A DNA stretch of 64,000 bases from an uncultured Desulfurococcales archaeon. Lineage in GTDB: Archaea; Thermoproteota; Thermoprotei_A; EX4484-217-1. Positions 38,282-49,292 of this stretch are shown piece by piece. The stretch's first letter is position 1, and every line of letters starts with the position of its first letter. Position numbers and translations under genes: made by a program. The stretch spans positions 77,691-141,690 of the forward strand of contig CAYOTT010000003.1 of the NCBI GenBank assembly GCA_964406965.1, in the 5' to 3' direction. The notes under the pieces were generated by a model. The model was not told the origin of the DNA, did no database searches, and saw only the letters and a list, made by a program, of their open reading frames with translations.

Positions 38282-38350
38282 CAAATTTTTTAAACTCAAA
38301 CCAACATTCTTTTACCGAAACCGAACATGCAGTAAACGGTGAAGTTTAAA

Positions 38351-38614
38351 ATGGGTAGAACAAAGGTTGTAGGAATAGCTGGAAGATACGGTGCAAGATA
38401 TGGTTCTACACTTAGGAAAAGAGTAAGAGACATTTTAGAAAAGAGATATACTCCACATACATGCCCGCTTTGCGGATATAAAGGTAGAGTTGTTAGAATA
38501 AGTGTTGGATTATGGAAATGTAGGAAATGTGGTGCTGTTTTCGCAGGAGGAGCTTATGTTCCAAGAACAGGTCTAAGTAAATTCTTTCCACCAATAATTT
38601 ATAGAAAGGAGTAA
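38351..38614 (+). CDS. rpl37ae: 50S ribosomal protein L37Ae (eL43)
   Basis: MGRTKVVGIAGRYGARYG...CPLCGY...WKCRKCGAVFAGGAY zinc ribbon. ATG at 38351 is preferred over the upstream GTG at 38339. Confidence 0.9.
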   Translation: MGRTKVVGIAGRYGARYGSTLRKRVRDILEKRYTPHTCPLCGYKGRVVRISVGLWKCRKCGAVFAGGAYVPRTGLSKFFPPIIYRKE

Positions 38615-38615
38615 G

Positions 38616-39182
38616 ATGAGTGTTTTTCCGAAAAAAGTAAAAATAATTTTCACAACCTCGCATAGACCTTCTCCTAAACTTAGAACATTCATTAAAGAGC
38701 TTGCAGCAACAATACCATTCTCAATAAAATTGAATCGTGGTAAGAAAACTCTTAATGCACTATACTTAGAGGCTCTTGGATTAGGAGCGAAAAACATCGT
38801 CGTCGCTTTTGAAAGGAAAGGAAATCCAAGCGCTATGTTGCTTTACAAGGTTCTTGAGAGACCCTTAGGTGTTAAAAAAGAGGTTCTTATTAGGATAGCA
38901 GGAGTTAGTTTATGGCGTGAAATACCCGATGCTGCAAAACCATATAATCCATCATCAATAGCGGTCCTTGTCTCGGAAGATGAAATTGAATTAGCTGAAG
39001 CATTAGTCACAATGTTTGGTGCACAAGCAGTGTTTGAATATGATGAGGCAAAGAAATTTGACGTATTAATCAAGGTAATGACTAAGGGGAATATAAGCTT
39101 AGTTATTTTTGAAAATCCTTCCTCTAGGAGAATAGTTGGACCAATAATTAAAGTATGTGGGGTTAGGTTTTGGAGAGAATAG
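38616..39182 (+). CDS. Brix-domain ribosome biogenesis protein (Imp4-like)
   Basis: IIFTTSHRPSPKLRTFIKELA... is a typical archaeal Brix N-terminus. Conserved slot after rpl37ae. Confidence 0.8.
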   Translation: MSVFPKKVKIIFTTSHRPSPKLRTFIKELAATIPFSIKLNRGKKTLNALYLEALGLGAKNIVVAFERKGNPSAMLLYKVLERPLGVKKEVLIRIAGVSLWREIPDAAKPYNPSSIAVLVSEDEIELAEALVTMFGAQAVFEYDEAKKFDVLIKVMTKGNISLVIFENPSSRRIVGPIIKVCGVRFWRE

Positions 39183-39409
39183 CGGAAATCACTATAGAGT
39201 TTAATAGTAGTGAGACTGCTAAAACGCTTTATAAAGCTCTTCTTCCAGAAACAATGTCAGCTCCCACATTTAAGACAAAGGTTAACATAGTGTTTTTAGA
39301 GCAAAAAATTAAAATAACAATAGAAGCCGATACAACATCTAGCTTAAGAGCTGCACTAAATTCCTACCTTTCCTGGATTTCAAGTATACTTAAACTCTTA
39401 AGCATGTAA
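39170..39409 (+). CDS. pcc1: KEOPS subunit Pcc1
   Basis: AEITIEFNSSETAKTLYKALLPE...IKITIEADTTSSLRAALNSYLSWI closely follows the Pcc1 family pattern. Confidence 0.75.
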   Translation: MERIAEITIEFNSSETAKTLYKALLPETMSAPTFKTKVNIVFLEQKIKITIEADTTSSLRAALNSYLSWISSILKLLSM

Positions 39410-39438
39410 GGTAGAGAAATAATTAAGGTGTAATATAA

Positions 39439-39801
39439 GTGGCTGAAAAACTCGCACCTGAAGTGCAAGCAAGACTTGCCCAGTTTCAACAAGTTCAAGA
39501 ACAATTAAAGCTTATCTTAGCTCAGAAGCAAAACGTTCAAGCAGAATTAAGAGAGTTAGAAAATGTCTTATCAGAACTTGAGAAACTACCGGAAGATGTA
39601 GAGCTCTATAAGAGCGTAGGACATATTTTAATTAAAACCTCCAAAAGTGATGTTGTAAAGGAGCTTAATGAAAGAAAGGAAATACTTGAGTTAAGAATTA
39701 AGACCCTTGAAAAACAGGAGTCTTATTTGCGAAAGCAATATGAAGAGCTTAGAAAGAGAGTTACCGAGGAGCTTATGAAATCGTATAGGGCAGTATCGTA
39801 G
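39439..39801 (+). CDS. pfdB: Prefoldin beta subunit
   Basis: Coiled-coil, beta-hairpin, coiled-coil layout: QARLAQFQQVQEQL...VELYKSVGHILIK...ELRIKTLEKQE. Confidence 0.85.
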   Translation: MAEKLAPEVQARLAQFQQVQEQLKLILAQKQNVQAELRELENVLSELEKLPEDVELYKSVGHILIKTSKSDVVKELNERKEILELRIKTLEKQESYLRKQYEELRKRVTEELMKSYRAVS

Positions 39802-39862
39802 AAGTAATTATCTTAGTCTATTTAACACTTAACTTGGCAATTTTTCTTAAAGGTGCTATATT

Positions 39863-40216
39863 TTGTCCTTTACAAGAAAACCTTTAGAAACCATAGTGTT
39901 AAACCTTGACTTAGAGAGAGTAAGCGACGATTTACTTGTAAAGATAGTGGAAAAAGCAGAGTCTATAATAAGAAGGACTATTGAGGAAAAAGTAGGAGTA
40001 AGCTTCATTGGCGACTTAAACGTTTTAATTACGGCTGATAAATTTAAAGATAAAATTACCTTCACCATAACTGTAGAATTCTCGGCACCAAAAATTTTAG
40101 AAATAGACTATGAAGGAGTATTAGAGGAAGCGTCAAGAAAGGCTTTTGAAACTATTGAGAAGTGGTTGAAGGAAAATGCGGGAATGCAACATAGAGAAAA
40201 TAAGGGATGTTTTTGA
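39863..40216 (+). CDS. Conserved hypothetical small protein
   Basis: 117-aa ORF. TTG start 8 nt after AGGTG. No motif recognised. Confidence 0.4.
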   Translation: MSFTRKPLETIVLNLDLERVSDDLLVKIVEKAESIIRRTIEEKVGVSFIGDLNVLITADKFKDKITFTITVEFSAPKILEIDYEGVLEEASRKAFETIEKWLKENAGMQHRENKGCF

Positions 40217-41201
40217 AAAATCCAGGAAAGTAGCTATAGTTTCACATAAAAATGCTGATCCTGACGCATTCTTTTCAGCTTATGCTCTTCAAAAGCTACT
40301 AGAAAAAATTAATGCTAAAGCAAAAGCAGTTTTCCTCTTTCCTGAAAGTGTAAGCTCCATTACACGTAAGCTATTGGAAAACCTCGGGTTCAATATTCCA
40401 TATGTTAAGAAGTACTCTGATGATTTAGGAGCTTTTGACACAATAATCATTGTAGATACAGGTTCGCCTGAGCAGTTAGGTGAGTTCTTAAAAATTATTG
40501 GTGAAAGCGAAGTAGTTCTCATAGACCATCACTACACTCATGACTTCTTTAGAAACCGGGCTTATCTATGTGTTGACTCTCAAGCACGGTCAACAGCGGA
40601 AATCGTGTACAAGCTTTTCGAAGAATTCAATATTCCTCTAGATAAAGAAGTGGCTTTAAGCTTACTTATAGCTATTCTTTACGATACAAGGCAATTTAGC
40701 ATTGCAAGACCTGAAACCTTGAGAATATCCGCTAATTTATTAGAGAAGGTAGGTGACTTAAGAGAAATATTGAAGCTCTTTAGGACAACCATGGACATCT
40801 CCGAGAAAATAGCTAGACTAAAAGCAGCCATGAGAATGGATCTTTATAGAGCAAATGATATTTTAATAGTTATAAGCGATGTTGGAGCATATGAGGCAAG
40901 TGCTGCAAGAGCGCTTCTCGAATTAGGAGCTGATGTAGCATTTATAGTTTCAGAAAACGATACAATAAGGGTTTCAGTTAGGGCTAAAGAGGAGTTTGTT
41001 AAACGTACAGGTATTCACTTAGGAAAAGATGTAATGGTTGAATTAGGAGAGGCTCTTGGAGGAACAGGCGGAGGACATGATGTAGCAGCAGGCGCCGAAG
41101 GTAGGAATGTTTCTAAAGAGTATGTTAAAGGGAAAATAGTTGAAATTCTTTCTAGGAAGTTAAGGAATAAAGGACTTAACATAGTAAACTTGAAGCCCTA
41201 A
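40176..41201 (+). CDS. DHH/DHHA1 phosphoesterase (NrnA-like)
   Basis: Intact motifs: SHKNADPDA (DxD), IVDTG, LIDHHYT (DHH) and GGGHDVAAGA (DHHA1 GGGH). Confidence 0.8.
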   Translation: MRECNIEKIRDVFEKSRKVAIVSHKNADPDAFFSAYALQKLLEKINAKAKAVFLFPESVSSITRKLLENLGFNIPYVKKYSDDLGAFDTIIIVDTGSPEQLGEFLKIIGESEVVLIDHHYTHDFFRNRAYLCVDSQARSTAEIVYKLFEEFNIPLDKEVALSLLIAILYDTRQFSIARPETLRISANLLEKVGDLREILKLFRTTMDISEKIARLKAAMRMDLYRANDILIVISDVGAYEASAARALLELGADVAFIVSENDTIRVSVRAKEEFVKRTGIHLGKDVMVELGEALGGTGGGHDVAAGAEGRNVSKEYVKGKIVEILSRKLRNKGLNIVNLKP

Positions 41202-41205
41202 AGTT

Positions 41206-42069
41206 TTGGAGGAGAGAATTTTGGCAGCAATTTTAGTAGAGAACTTAACATATTATTACCCTAAATCAATAAGACCTGCTCTTAAAAACATTACATTAAA
41301 AATAGAGAGAGGAGACTTCGTAATAATTACCGGACCTAGTGGTAGCGGGAAATCAACTCTTGTAAGAACATTTAATGGACTAATACCCCACTTTTATGAG
41401 GGAAGATTTGAAGGTAGAGTTCTGGTTTTTGGTGTTGATACTCGTAAGGCTTCTGTTGCAGAATTATCAAGAAAAGTAGGAATAGTATTTCAAGACCCTG
41501 AAAACCAAATACTTACACTTTCCGTTGAAAGAGAAATTGCTTTTGGTCTTGAAAATTTAGGCTTACCATCAACTAAGATACGTGAAAGAGTAAATGAAGT
41601 GCTTAAAGAACTTAAAATAGAGGACCTAAGATACCGGGTACCTTTCGAACTTTCCATAGGTGAGCAACAGAAAGTCATCGTCGCCTCAATTTTAGCTATG
41701 AAGCCGGAGGTTCTTGTATTCGATGAACCTACAGCTCACATGGACCCTTATAGTGCATGGATATTTTCAAAAATACTTAAGGAACTTAATAGGAGAGGTT
41801 ACACAATAGTTGTTGTAGAGCATAGATTAGACCTTCTAGTGGAGTATGTAACAAAAATATTTGTTCTTAAAGACGGCAAACTTTACGCACAAGGAAAGCC
41901 TGGTGAAATATTGGAGAGAGATGATATAGACTCTATTGGTGTGAATGTTCCTAAATTCATTAGCTTCTTTAAAAAACTAAAAAATCATGTAAGAACGGTT
42001 AAGGTTCCGAGAAGCATTAATGAAGCTTCAGAAGTTCTTAGAAAGGTGGTAATGTGGAGCTCGCTATAG
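41206..42069 (+). CDS. ecfA: ECF-type transporter ATPase component (EcfA/CbiO-like), copy 1
   Basis: Walker A GPSGSGKST, Q-loop VFQDP, signature LSIGEQQ, Walker B VLVFDEP. Confidence 0.85.
   Translation: MEERILAAILVENLTYYYPKSIRPALKNITLKIERGDFVIITGPSGSGKSTLVRTFNGLIPHFYEGRFEGRVLVFGVDTRKASVAELSRKVGIVFQDPENQILTLSVEREIAFGLENLGLPSTKIRERVNEVLKELKIEDLRYRVPFELSIGEQQKVIVASILAMKPEVLVFDEPTAHMDPYSAWIFSKILKELNRRGYTIVVVEHRLDLLVEYVTKIFVLKDGKLYAQGKPGEILERDDIDSIGVNVPKFISFFKKLKNHVRTVKVPRSINEASEVLRKVVMWSSL
41424..41492 (+). repeat. 69-nt perfect direct repeat, copy 1 (inside ecfA copy 1)
   Basis: ggtttttggtgttgatactcgtaaggcttctgttgcagaattatcaagaaaagtaggaatagtatttca is identical to 42242-42310. Flanking bases differ. 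Confidence 0.95.
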
Positions 42070-42887
42070 AGGTTAGAAATGTATGGTACACTTATCCAGG
42101 AGGTGTTGTTGCGTTAAGAAACATTAATCTAGATATTTATTTAGGTGAAAAACTTGTAATCTTAGGATCAAATGGTGCAGGAAAGTCTACTTTAATAAAA
42201 CATTTTAATGGGTTACTTAAGCCTCAGAAAGGATATGTTAAGGTTTTTGGTGTTGATACTCGTAAGGCTTCTGTTGCAGAATTATCAAGAAAAGTAGGAA
42301 TAGTATTTCAGAATCCCTATCACCAGTTTTTCTCTGAAAGAGTATGGGATGAAGTAGCTTTCGCACTTAAAAATTTTGGATACTCCGAAGACGCAATTAA
42401 CTATAGGGTAACTAAGGTTTTAAGATTATTTGACCTATACGACTATGCTGATAGATCTCCGTTTGAGCTAAGCAGTGGTGAAATGCGTAGATTAGCTATA
42501 GCATCTATTTTAGCTTACGATCCGGACGTTATTGTTCTTGATGAACCAACCGTGGGCCAAGATAAAATACAGAAGGAAAAGCTAAGAGAGTACATTAAAC
42601 TTCTTACGTTGCAAAACAAAACAGTTATTCTTGTAACGCATGATATAGAATTTATTACTGAAGGCTTTGATAGAATTGTGGTAATGGCTAAAGGCACTAT
42701 AGTGGGTGAAGGCAAGCCTAAGGAAATACTTTATGATGAAGAGATTTTAGTTAAAGCTAATCTTATGATGCCTCAAATACCGCGAATTGCTACATGTTCT
42801 AAACTTTCTAAAATCAGGGATGAAAGGCCTTTAACGGAAAATGAACTTCTATTTTTAGTATTAAGCATGCTAAGGGGGAGGAAATGA
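42054..42887 (+). CDS. ecfA: ECF-type transporter ATPase component, copy 2
   Basis: Walker A GSNGAGKST, signature LSSGEMRR, Walker B VIVLDEP. Confidence 0.85.
   Translation: MELAIEVRNVWYTYPGGVVALRNINLDIYLGEKLVILGSNGAGKSTLIKHFNGLLKPQKGYVKVFGVDTRKASVAELSRKVGIVFQNPYHQFFSERVWDEVAFALKNFGYSEDAINYRVTKVLRLFDLYDYADRSPFELSSGEMRRLAIASILAYDPDVIVLDEPTVGQDKIQKEKLREYIKLLTLQNKTVILVTHDIEFITEGFDRIVVMAKGTIVGEGKPKEILYDEEILVKANLMMPQIPRIATCSKLSKIRDERPLTENELLFLVLSMLRGRK
42242..42310 (+). repeat. 69-nt perfect direct repeat, copy 2 (inside ecfA copy 2)
   Basis: Identical to 41424-41492. Both copies encode VFGVDTRKASVAELSRKVGIVFQ. Confidence 0.95.
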
Positions 42888-43675
42888 AAGGCTTAATGGA
42901 ATCAATTTATGAAATGTTTATTTTCCGTAAAGAAGATAAGTTTCTAAATAATGTCGATCCTAGGGTAAAGTTCGTAGTATTGTTAGCAACAGCAGTTCCG
43001 ATATTCCTATCGTTTAACCCGCTCTTCTATGTTTTCTTGACGATTCTTTTGGTTTTACAAACATTGTTTTTAGCGAATGCTAGAAGAATAGCATTTTCGC
43101 TTAAAGGGATAGTTAAGCTGTTAATAATGTTCTATGTTATAATATATGTTTTCAATGCTTATCCTAATCTTTTAAACATAGAGATTGCAGCAATGGCTTT
43201 CATGTCTATTTTCAGATTTTTTCTTTTAGTATACTCCTTTACACTATTTTTCACTACAACATGTATTGATGACTTAGCGCAAGTACTTTATAAGTTAAAA
43301 ATACCCTATCACATTGCATATACCTTAGTTCTCTCTGTAAGATTCGTTCCCACAGTTGCTAAAGATATAGTGCAAATTTATGATGCACAAAGGTCTAGAG
43401 GGTTAGAGCTTGAGAAAGGAAATATTTTCGAGAGAATAAGGAAAATCCTTCCAATCCTAATACCAGCGTTTATAATATCTATTCTAAGAGTTGATTTTGT
43501 AGCTGAAGCATTAGAGTCAAGAGCTTTTGGTTCTTCATATAAAAGAACTTTTATGGTTGATTTAAGGATAAAGCTTGTTGATATAATATATGCTGTATTA
43601 ATACTTATTTACATTTTGGCAATCTATTTGTTTTTAAATACGAAAGCGTATAGTTTCGTGTTGGGTTGGTTTTAG
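42884..43675 (+). CDS. ecfT: ECF transporter transmembrane (T) component (EcfT/CbiQ-like)
   Basis: Polytopic. Contains the conserved ARSRG-type motif (YDAQRSRGLELE). Translationally coupled to the ATPases. Confidence 0.8.
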   Translation: MKGLMESIYEMFIFRKEDKFLNNVDPRVKFVVLLATAVPIFLSFNPLFYVFLTILLVLQTLFLANARRIAFSLKGIVKLLIMFYVIIYVFNAYPNLLNIEIAAMAFMSIFRFFLLVYSFTLFFTTTCIDDLAQVLYKLKIPYHIAYTLVLSVRFVPTVAKDIVQIYDAQRSRGLELEKGNIFERIRKILPILIPAFIISILRVDFVAEALESRAFGSSYKRTFMVDLRIKLVDIIYAVLILIYILAIYLFLNTKAYSFVLGWF

Positions 43676-43679
43676 AGCA

Positions 43680-44372
43680 ATGCTCAGAATATATGCTGAC
43701 TATAGGGAAAGAAGCAGTAACATTGCCAAACACCTAGTTAAAAGGAACGTTAAAGTATTCTTTGAAAACTTAGAAACATGCGATTATGTGATTTCAGATA
43801 GATTATGTGTTGAAAGAAAAACTGTTCGAGACTTAGTTAAGTCTCTTTTTGATGGAAGACTCTTCAGCCAAGCTTCAAGAATGGTAGAGAGGTTCGAAAA
43901 ACCCATAATAATTATTGAAGGTGACTTTTCAGAAGTTAAAGCGTTAACCGATAAGGTAAACGCTGTTTTTGGAGCTTTAACTTCATTAGCTATTGAAATG
44001 AACGTAACTATTCTATGGTCTCCAACATCCGAGGGTACAGCTGATATACTATATATTTTAGCTAAGCATGAGCAAGAGGAAAAGAAAAGGTTAAGAACTT
44101 TTGTACCGAAAAAGCCTAGAACACAAGATGTTAAGGAATGGCAATTACGTATTTTACAAAGCTTTCCAGGCATAGGTCCTAAGCTTGCTGAAAAGCTTCT
44201 TGAAAAATTTGGTTCATTAGAAAAAGTGTTTACCTCCTCAAGCACCGAGTTAGCAAAAGTTGTAGGTTATGAGAAAGCGCAAAAGATGCTTCAACTTCTT
44301 AAAGCACCTTATAGCGGTAAAACCAAAGGGTATCGAGAGGACATTTTGAAGTATTTTAAAAACGGAGGTTAG
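43680..44372 (+). CDS. xpf: ERCC4-type structure-specific endonuclease XPF (short crenarchaeal form)
   Basis: ERCC4 nuclease motif VERKTVRDLVKSLFDGRLFSQ and C-terminal (HhH)2 FPGIGPKLAEKLLEKFGS. The near-terminal REDILKYF resembles a PIP box. Confidence 0.85.
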   Translation: MLRIYADYRERSSNIAKHLVKRNVKVFFENLETCDYVISDRLCVERKTVRDLVKSLFDGRLFSQASRMVERFEKPIIIIEGDFSEVKALTDKVNAVFGALTSLAIEMNVTILWSPTSEGTADILYILAKHEQEEKKRLRTFVPKKPRTQDVKEWQLRILQSFPGIGPKLAEKLLEKFGSLEKVFTSSSTELAKVVGYEKAQKMLQLLKAPYSGKTKGYREDILKYFKNGG

Positions 44373-45115
44373 CATTTACCTAGTTTTTTAACTATTGTGA
44401 GTTTAGAGTGTTCTTCAGATAGTTTCTCACAAATTATTCCCTTAGGCCTGCTTACTCTTTTAATAACAGAAGTTTTTCTTGAAGGAGTTACTATGAGGTC
44501 AACTGGAACATCATGAGCATCCTTAGGTAACGGGTATTTTAAGACTTGAACATCATGTACCAATGCCGCGATAGGTATGTTGGAATCTATTTTCCCTGCT
44601 TCTAAAAGTATGGCATACTCTAAGTCGCCAAACCCTCCACCTTTACCTAAGCGAACACCGTTTACCTGAGAAACAGCAACGCATCCCACTATGAATAAGT
44701 CTACTTCAGGTAAGTCATAGGGGTTATTAATTATTTTTCCAAGAACCATAGCCCCTCTTATTGTTGATGCAAAATTGGCTTTCCTAAGAACATTAGTGTT
44801 TGGTTCAACTATAGCAAATCCCTTATGTAATCTTGGCGTAGGCATAACTACTGTTTTTCCCTGAAGTAAAGCTATTTTCCTAATATGTCTTAAAGGGGAA
44901 TCGGGATCTATCTTTATAGTTTTAGCTTTTCTGAAAACATATGTTTCAGCAAGAATTTTTGATGCCTTAAATGCTCCTTTAAAATTCGGTATTTTACCAT
45001 AGATTGGTTTGGGAGGTAATGCTAGTCCTTCTTTCTCAAGAATATTCCACATTTGCCTCCTTATGTTGTTTTTTAAATGTTTTAAACAGGCCTCCACATT
45101 CTGCCACCTTAGCAA
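44369..45115 (-). CDS. 5-formyltetrahydrofolate cyclo-ligase family protein
   Basis: [17 protein letters not shown]...TVVMPTPRL...[12 protein letters not shown] pattern of the MTHFS-like family. The start is uncertain (TTG at 45115; an ATG about 60 nt downstream). Confidence 0.6.
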   Translation of the reverse strand: MLRWQNVEACLKHLKNNIRRQMWNILEKEGLALPPKPIYGKIPNFKGAFKASKILAETYVFRKAKTIKIDPDSPLRHIRKIALLQGKTVVMPTPRLHKGFAIVEPNTNVLRKANFASTIRGAMVLGKIINNPYDLPEVDLFIVGCVAVSQVNGVRLGKGGGFGDLEYAILLEAGKIDSNIPIAALVHDVQVLKYPLPKDAHDVPVDLIVTPSRKTSVIKRVSRPKGIICEKLSEEHSKLTIVKKLGKC

Positions 45116-45258
45116 ACTAATATTTTGTAGATACTCGTTAGTCTTTACTTGTAGGTGACAAGTGAATTTATAAATCCGTGCTGTATTTAGCTTTAGGTGA
45201 ACTGGGTAAGGAATGGATAGAAGAGGTAAGCTTCATAATTAAGTGGATGTGTTGAATC

Positions 45259-47469
45259 ATGGTAAAGTATAAGATGGTTGAAGACATCCTAAAGATAATG
45301 AATAACATTGAGCAAGTCAGAAACATAGGTATCATAGCCCATGTTGACCACGGTAAAACAACAACTTCAGACAACCTGCTTATGGCGGCCGGAATAATTT
45401 CACCTAAAATAGCTGGTGAGGCTTTAGCACTAGACTACCTAGATATTGAGCAGAAGAGAGGTATAACTGTTAAGTCAGCTAACATAAGCTTGTACCACGA
45501 ATATGAAGGTAAACCTTATGTAATTAACCTCATAGACACCCCCGGGCATGTTGATTTCTCAGGGAAAGTCACTAGGGCGCTTAGAGTACTTGACGGATCG
45601 CTTGTCGTTGTAGATGCCGTTGAAGGTGTTATGACGCAAACAGAAACAGTGCTTAGGCAATCTTTAGAAGAACGTGTAAGACCATTGCTCTTCATAAACA
45701 AGGTTGATAGGTTAATTAAGGAACTTAAACTTACACCACAGCAAATTCAGGATAGAATCGTCCAAATAATTAAGGAAATTAATGGTCTCATAGAAACCTA
45801 TGCTGAACCGCAATTTAGAAGCAAATGGAAACTCGATGTTAGGAAGGGTATGGTGGCTATAGGAGCTGCTAAGGATAAGTGGGGATTCACAATACCCTAC
45901 GCCCTACCTAAGGGAATAAAGTTCTCGGACGTTATTGAGGCATATAAGAGAGGACCTGAAGGAGTAAAGGATCTTCAGGAAATGGCTCCTCTACATGTAT
46001 CGCTACTCGACATGATAGTCAGGTTCGTACCTAATCCTAAGGAAGCTCAGCGCTACAGAATACCTAAGATATGGAAGGGCGACATAAATTCTGAATTAGG
46101 CAAGGCGATGTTGGAGTGTGATCCTAACGGGCCAACAGTAATTTTCGTAAACAGTATTCACATAGATCCACATGCAGGCTTAGTAGCTACGGGAAGAATA
46201 TTCTCTGGAACAATAGAGACAGGTGATGAAGTATGGCTTGTACAAGCAAGAACAAAGAATAGAGTATTACAAGTAGGTTTGTACATGGGACCTCATAGGG
46301 AAATTGCTGAGAAAATACCTGCAGGAAACATTGTAGCATTACTGGGCGTAGATAGAGCTCGCGCTGGCGAAACACTCGTTTCGCCAGAGTACAAAGACCA
46401 AGCATATCCGTTCGAGAAACTAAGATACATTTCAGAACCTGTAGTCACAGTAGCTATTGAACCTAAGAATGCTAGGGACCTACCAAAGCTAATAGATGTA
46501 CTAAGGAAAATGAGTATTGAAGACCCAAACCTTGTCGTTAAGATAAACGAGGAAACAGGAGAATATCTGATTTCAGGTATGGGGCACTTACATCTGGAAA
46601 TAACACTTACATTCCTTAAAGAAAACTACGGTTTAGAGGTTATCGCATCACCGCCAATCATAGTTTATAGAGAAAGCATAAGATCTTCATCAAAAATATT
46701 TGAAGGTAAATCACCAAATAAGCACAACAAATTCTACATTTCAGTTGAACCTCTAGATGAAACAACAATTAAGCTTATTCAGGAAGGAATAATATCTGAA
46801 GACCAAGATCCGAGAGAAAGAGCTAAAATACTTAGGGATCAGGCAGGATGGGATACTGATGAAGCGAGAGGAGTTATCGCTATAGATGAGAGAATAAACG
46901 TTTTCATAGATAAAACGAAGGGTGTTCAGCATCTAAGGGAAGTAAAAGACACAATGATCGGTGGCTTCAGATACGCTATGGCTGAAGGACCCTTAGCTCA
47001 TGAACCCGTGAGGGGAGTTAAGGTAATACTTCACGACGCCGTAATACATGAAGACCCGGCACATAGAGGACCAGCACAAATCTATCCGGCAGTTAGGAAC
47101 GCTATTTTCGCCGGAATGCTAACTTCGAAACCGACACTTCTAGAGCCTATACAGAAGCTTGACATAAGAACTCCAATGGAGTACATGGGTAATGTAACGA
47201 GAGTTGTTACTCAGAGAAGAGGTAGAATAGTGACGGTTCTACAGCAGGGGCCGATGGTTAGAATAATAGCTGAAATGCCTGTAGCTGAATCCCAGGACTT
47301 AGCAACAGTACTTAGAAGCGTAACTGCTGGTAGAGTATTCTGGGGAACAGAGTTTAGCAGATGGGCTCCAGTACCTGACTCACTACTATGGGATCTTGTA
47401 AGGAAAATTAGAGAAAGGAAAGGACTAAAACCTGAACCACCAAAACCCGAGGACTTCATTTCACTCTAA
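45259..47469 (+). CDS. fusA: Elongation factor 2 (aEF-2)
   Basis: [31 protein letters not shown], and the diphthamide-loop region [11 protein letters not shown]. Confidence 0.95.
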   Translation: MVKYKMVEDILKIMNNIEQVRNIGIIAHVDHGKTTTSDNLLMAAGIISPKIAGEALALDYLDIEQKRGITVKSANISLYHEYEGKPYVINLIDTPGHVDFSGKVTRALRVLDGSLVVVDAVEGVMTQTETVLRQSLEERVRPLLFINKVDRLIKELKLTPQQIQDRIVQIIKEINGLIETYAEPQFRSKWKLDVRKGMVAIGAAKDKWGFTIPYALPKGIKFSDVIEAYKRGPEGVKDLQEMAPLHVSLLDMIVRFVPNPKEAQRYRIPKIWKGDINSELGKAMLECDPNGPTVIFVNSIHIDPHAGLVATGRIFSGTIETGDEVWLVQARTKNRVLQVGLYMGPHREIAEKIPAGNIVALLGVDRARAGETLVSPEYKDQAYPFEKLRYISEPVVTVAIEPKNARDLPKLIDVLRKMSIEDPNLVVKINEETGEYLISGMGHLHLEITLTFLKENYGLEVIASPPIIVYRESIRSSSKIFEGKSPNKHNKFYISVEPLDETTIKLIQEGIISEDQDPRERAKILRDQAGWDTDEARGVIAIDERINVFIDKTKGVQHLREVKDTMIGGFRYAMAEGPLAHEPVRGVKVILHDAVIHEDPAHRGPAQIYPAVRNAIFAGMLTSKPTLLEPIQKLDIRTPMEYMGNVTRVVTQRRGRIVTVLQQGPMVRIIAEMPVAESQDLATVLRSVTAGRVFWGTEFSRWAPVPDSLLWDLVRKIRERKGLKPEPPKPEDFISL

Positions 47470-47553
47470 ACATGCTTCATAAAACAATAGCCCCTAAACT
47501 AACAAAACTGTTTTCTTAACGTTTTTCTCAGAGAAAAGTAGAGAGGATAATCT

Positions 47554-48873
47554 ATGCCCAAATACAGTGTACCTAAAGGATTTAGAGATTTCCCACCTGA
47601 CATCATGATTTTGAGAAAGAAAATACTTAGAATTATTGAGGAAACATTCATAAAATACGGTTATGACCCTATAGAGACTCCAGCCTTAGAATACTGGGAT
47701 ACCCTCAAGGGCAAATATGGTGAAGAAGCAGAAAACAAACTTGTTTATAAGTTTAAGGATCCTTGGAGCGAAAAATGGTATGCATTAAGATACGATCTAA
47801 CTGTCCCACTAGCGAGATTTCTCTCAAACCACGTTGTTCAATTTCCATTCAGAAGATACCATATTTCAAGAGTCTGGAGACATGAAAATCCACAGAGAGG
47901 AAGGTATAGGGAGTTTTGGCAATGCGATATAGATATTGTTGGCTCTCCGTACCCCGAAGCAGATGCTGAAATAGTTAATGTATTATCTGAAGCTTTAGAA
48001 AACATAGGATTAAAAGATTTCAAAATAAAACTTAATGACAGAAGAATGCTTGCCGGAATATTTGAAGAAACACTTTCTCTAAAAAACGTTATCTCGGTTT
48101 ATAGAATAATCGATAAACTAGATAGAATAGGCTATAAAGGATTACGTGAAGAACTTGCTAAGGCCAGATATTCTAATGACATAATAGAGAAAATAAGCGA
48201 AATAATATCTATCAGTGGCTTGCCCGAAAACGTACTTGATGAAATAGAGGAAATGTATGGTAGAAATAGGAAAGTAAGCGAAGCCATAATGCACCTTAGA
48301 GAAATGATGGACTTCATAAAGTATAAAAACAAAGTATCTATTGAACTCTCATTAGTTAGAGGGCTAGATTACTACACAGGACCTATATTCGAATATGTTG
48401 TTGAAAAACCAAAAATGGGTAGTATAGCTGGTGGTGGAAGATATGATAACCTAATAGAAATATACACTGGAAAACATACACCTTCAACAGGCGGCTCAAT
48501 AGGTATTGAGAGAGTAATTGATGCAGGTCTTGAACTAGGTATTTTCAGACTTGATAGAAAAACCTATACTAAAGTATATGTACTATCGCTTAAGCATGAT
48601 AAGGAAACTTATCTTTACTCATTAGCGATCGCTAATATGTTAAGGGAAAAGGGAATTCCAACGCAAGTGGATGTTATGAGGCGAAGTGAGCAAGCGCAGC
48701 GAAGATACGCTCTTAAGAAAGGAATAAACATAGTAGTTTATGTTGGTTCAAAGGAGGTTTCTGAGAGGAAAGTAACGATTTATGATAGAACGAGAAATAT
48801 ACGTAAAGTTGTTGCCTTGAAAGATGTTGTTAAAGCCGTTAAAGAAATTTCTTGGAAAGAAAGCATAACATAA
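47554..48873 (+). CDS. hisS: Histidyl-tRNA synthetase
   Basis: PKGFRDFPP, class II motifs FRRYHISRVWRHENPQRGRYREFWQCD and GGGRYDNL. Confidence 0.95.
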   Translation: MPKYSVPKGFRDFPPDIMILRKKILRIIEETFIKYGYDPIETPALEYWDTLKGKYGEEAENKLVYKFKDPWSEKWYALRYDLTVPLARFLSNHVVQFPFRRYHISRVWRHENPQRGRYREFWQCDIDIVGSPYPEADAEIVNVLSEALENIGLKDFKIKLNDRRMLAGIFEETLSLKNVISVYRIIDKLDRIGYKGLREELAKARYSNDIIEKISEIISISGLPENVLDEIEEMYGRNRKVSEAIMHLREMMDFIKYKNKVSIELSLVRGLDYYTGPIFEYVVEKPKMGSIAGGGRYDNLIEIYTGKHTPSTGGSIGIERVIDAGLELGIFRLDRKTYTKVYVLSLKHDKETYLYSLAIANMLREKGIPTQVDVMRRSEQAQRRYALKKGINIVVYVGSKEVSERKVTIYDRTRNIRKVVALKDVVKAVKEISWKESIT

Positions 48874-49002
48874 AACAAATCACTTAGTTATTAGTGGAAC
48901 ATGTAGAAGTTGTTGCTTAACATTTTTCACCTTAATTTATTGAGGTCAATTAAAGAGAACTTTTTTAAAGCTTATTTCTACTAAATATGTAGGTGGCATG
49001 AT

Positions 49003-49290
49003 TTGTTGATTCTTAAAAGCATAGTGGTTATTACCGTTGAAATAGCTACGATAATCTACCTCATAACGGCCATAATTTACCTATTCCGTATTATTAGAGG
49101 TCCAACTATATTTGATAGGATTCTCGCTGTTGACGCTTTAAATTACAACCTTACAGTATTCATGGCCCTTTTAGCATTATATTTAGAAATCCCTATGATA
49201 GCACTAAGCATGATTGTAGTTTCACTCTGGTTTTATGCGCTTGATATTTATGTCTCTAAATATATTGAGTTTAAAGAAATCGGTGGTTAA
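49003..49290 (+). CDS. mrpF: Mrp/Mnh-type antiporter subunit F-like
   Basis: 3-TM, 95 aa, with RIIRGPTIFDRILAVDAL, the MnhF/PhaF signature. Confidence 0.7.
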   Translation: MLILKSIVVITVEIATIIYLITAIIYLFRIIRGPTIFDRILAVDALNYNLTVFMALLALYLEIPMIALSMIVVSLWFYALDIYVSKYIEFKEIGG

Positions 49291-49292
49291 TC

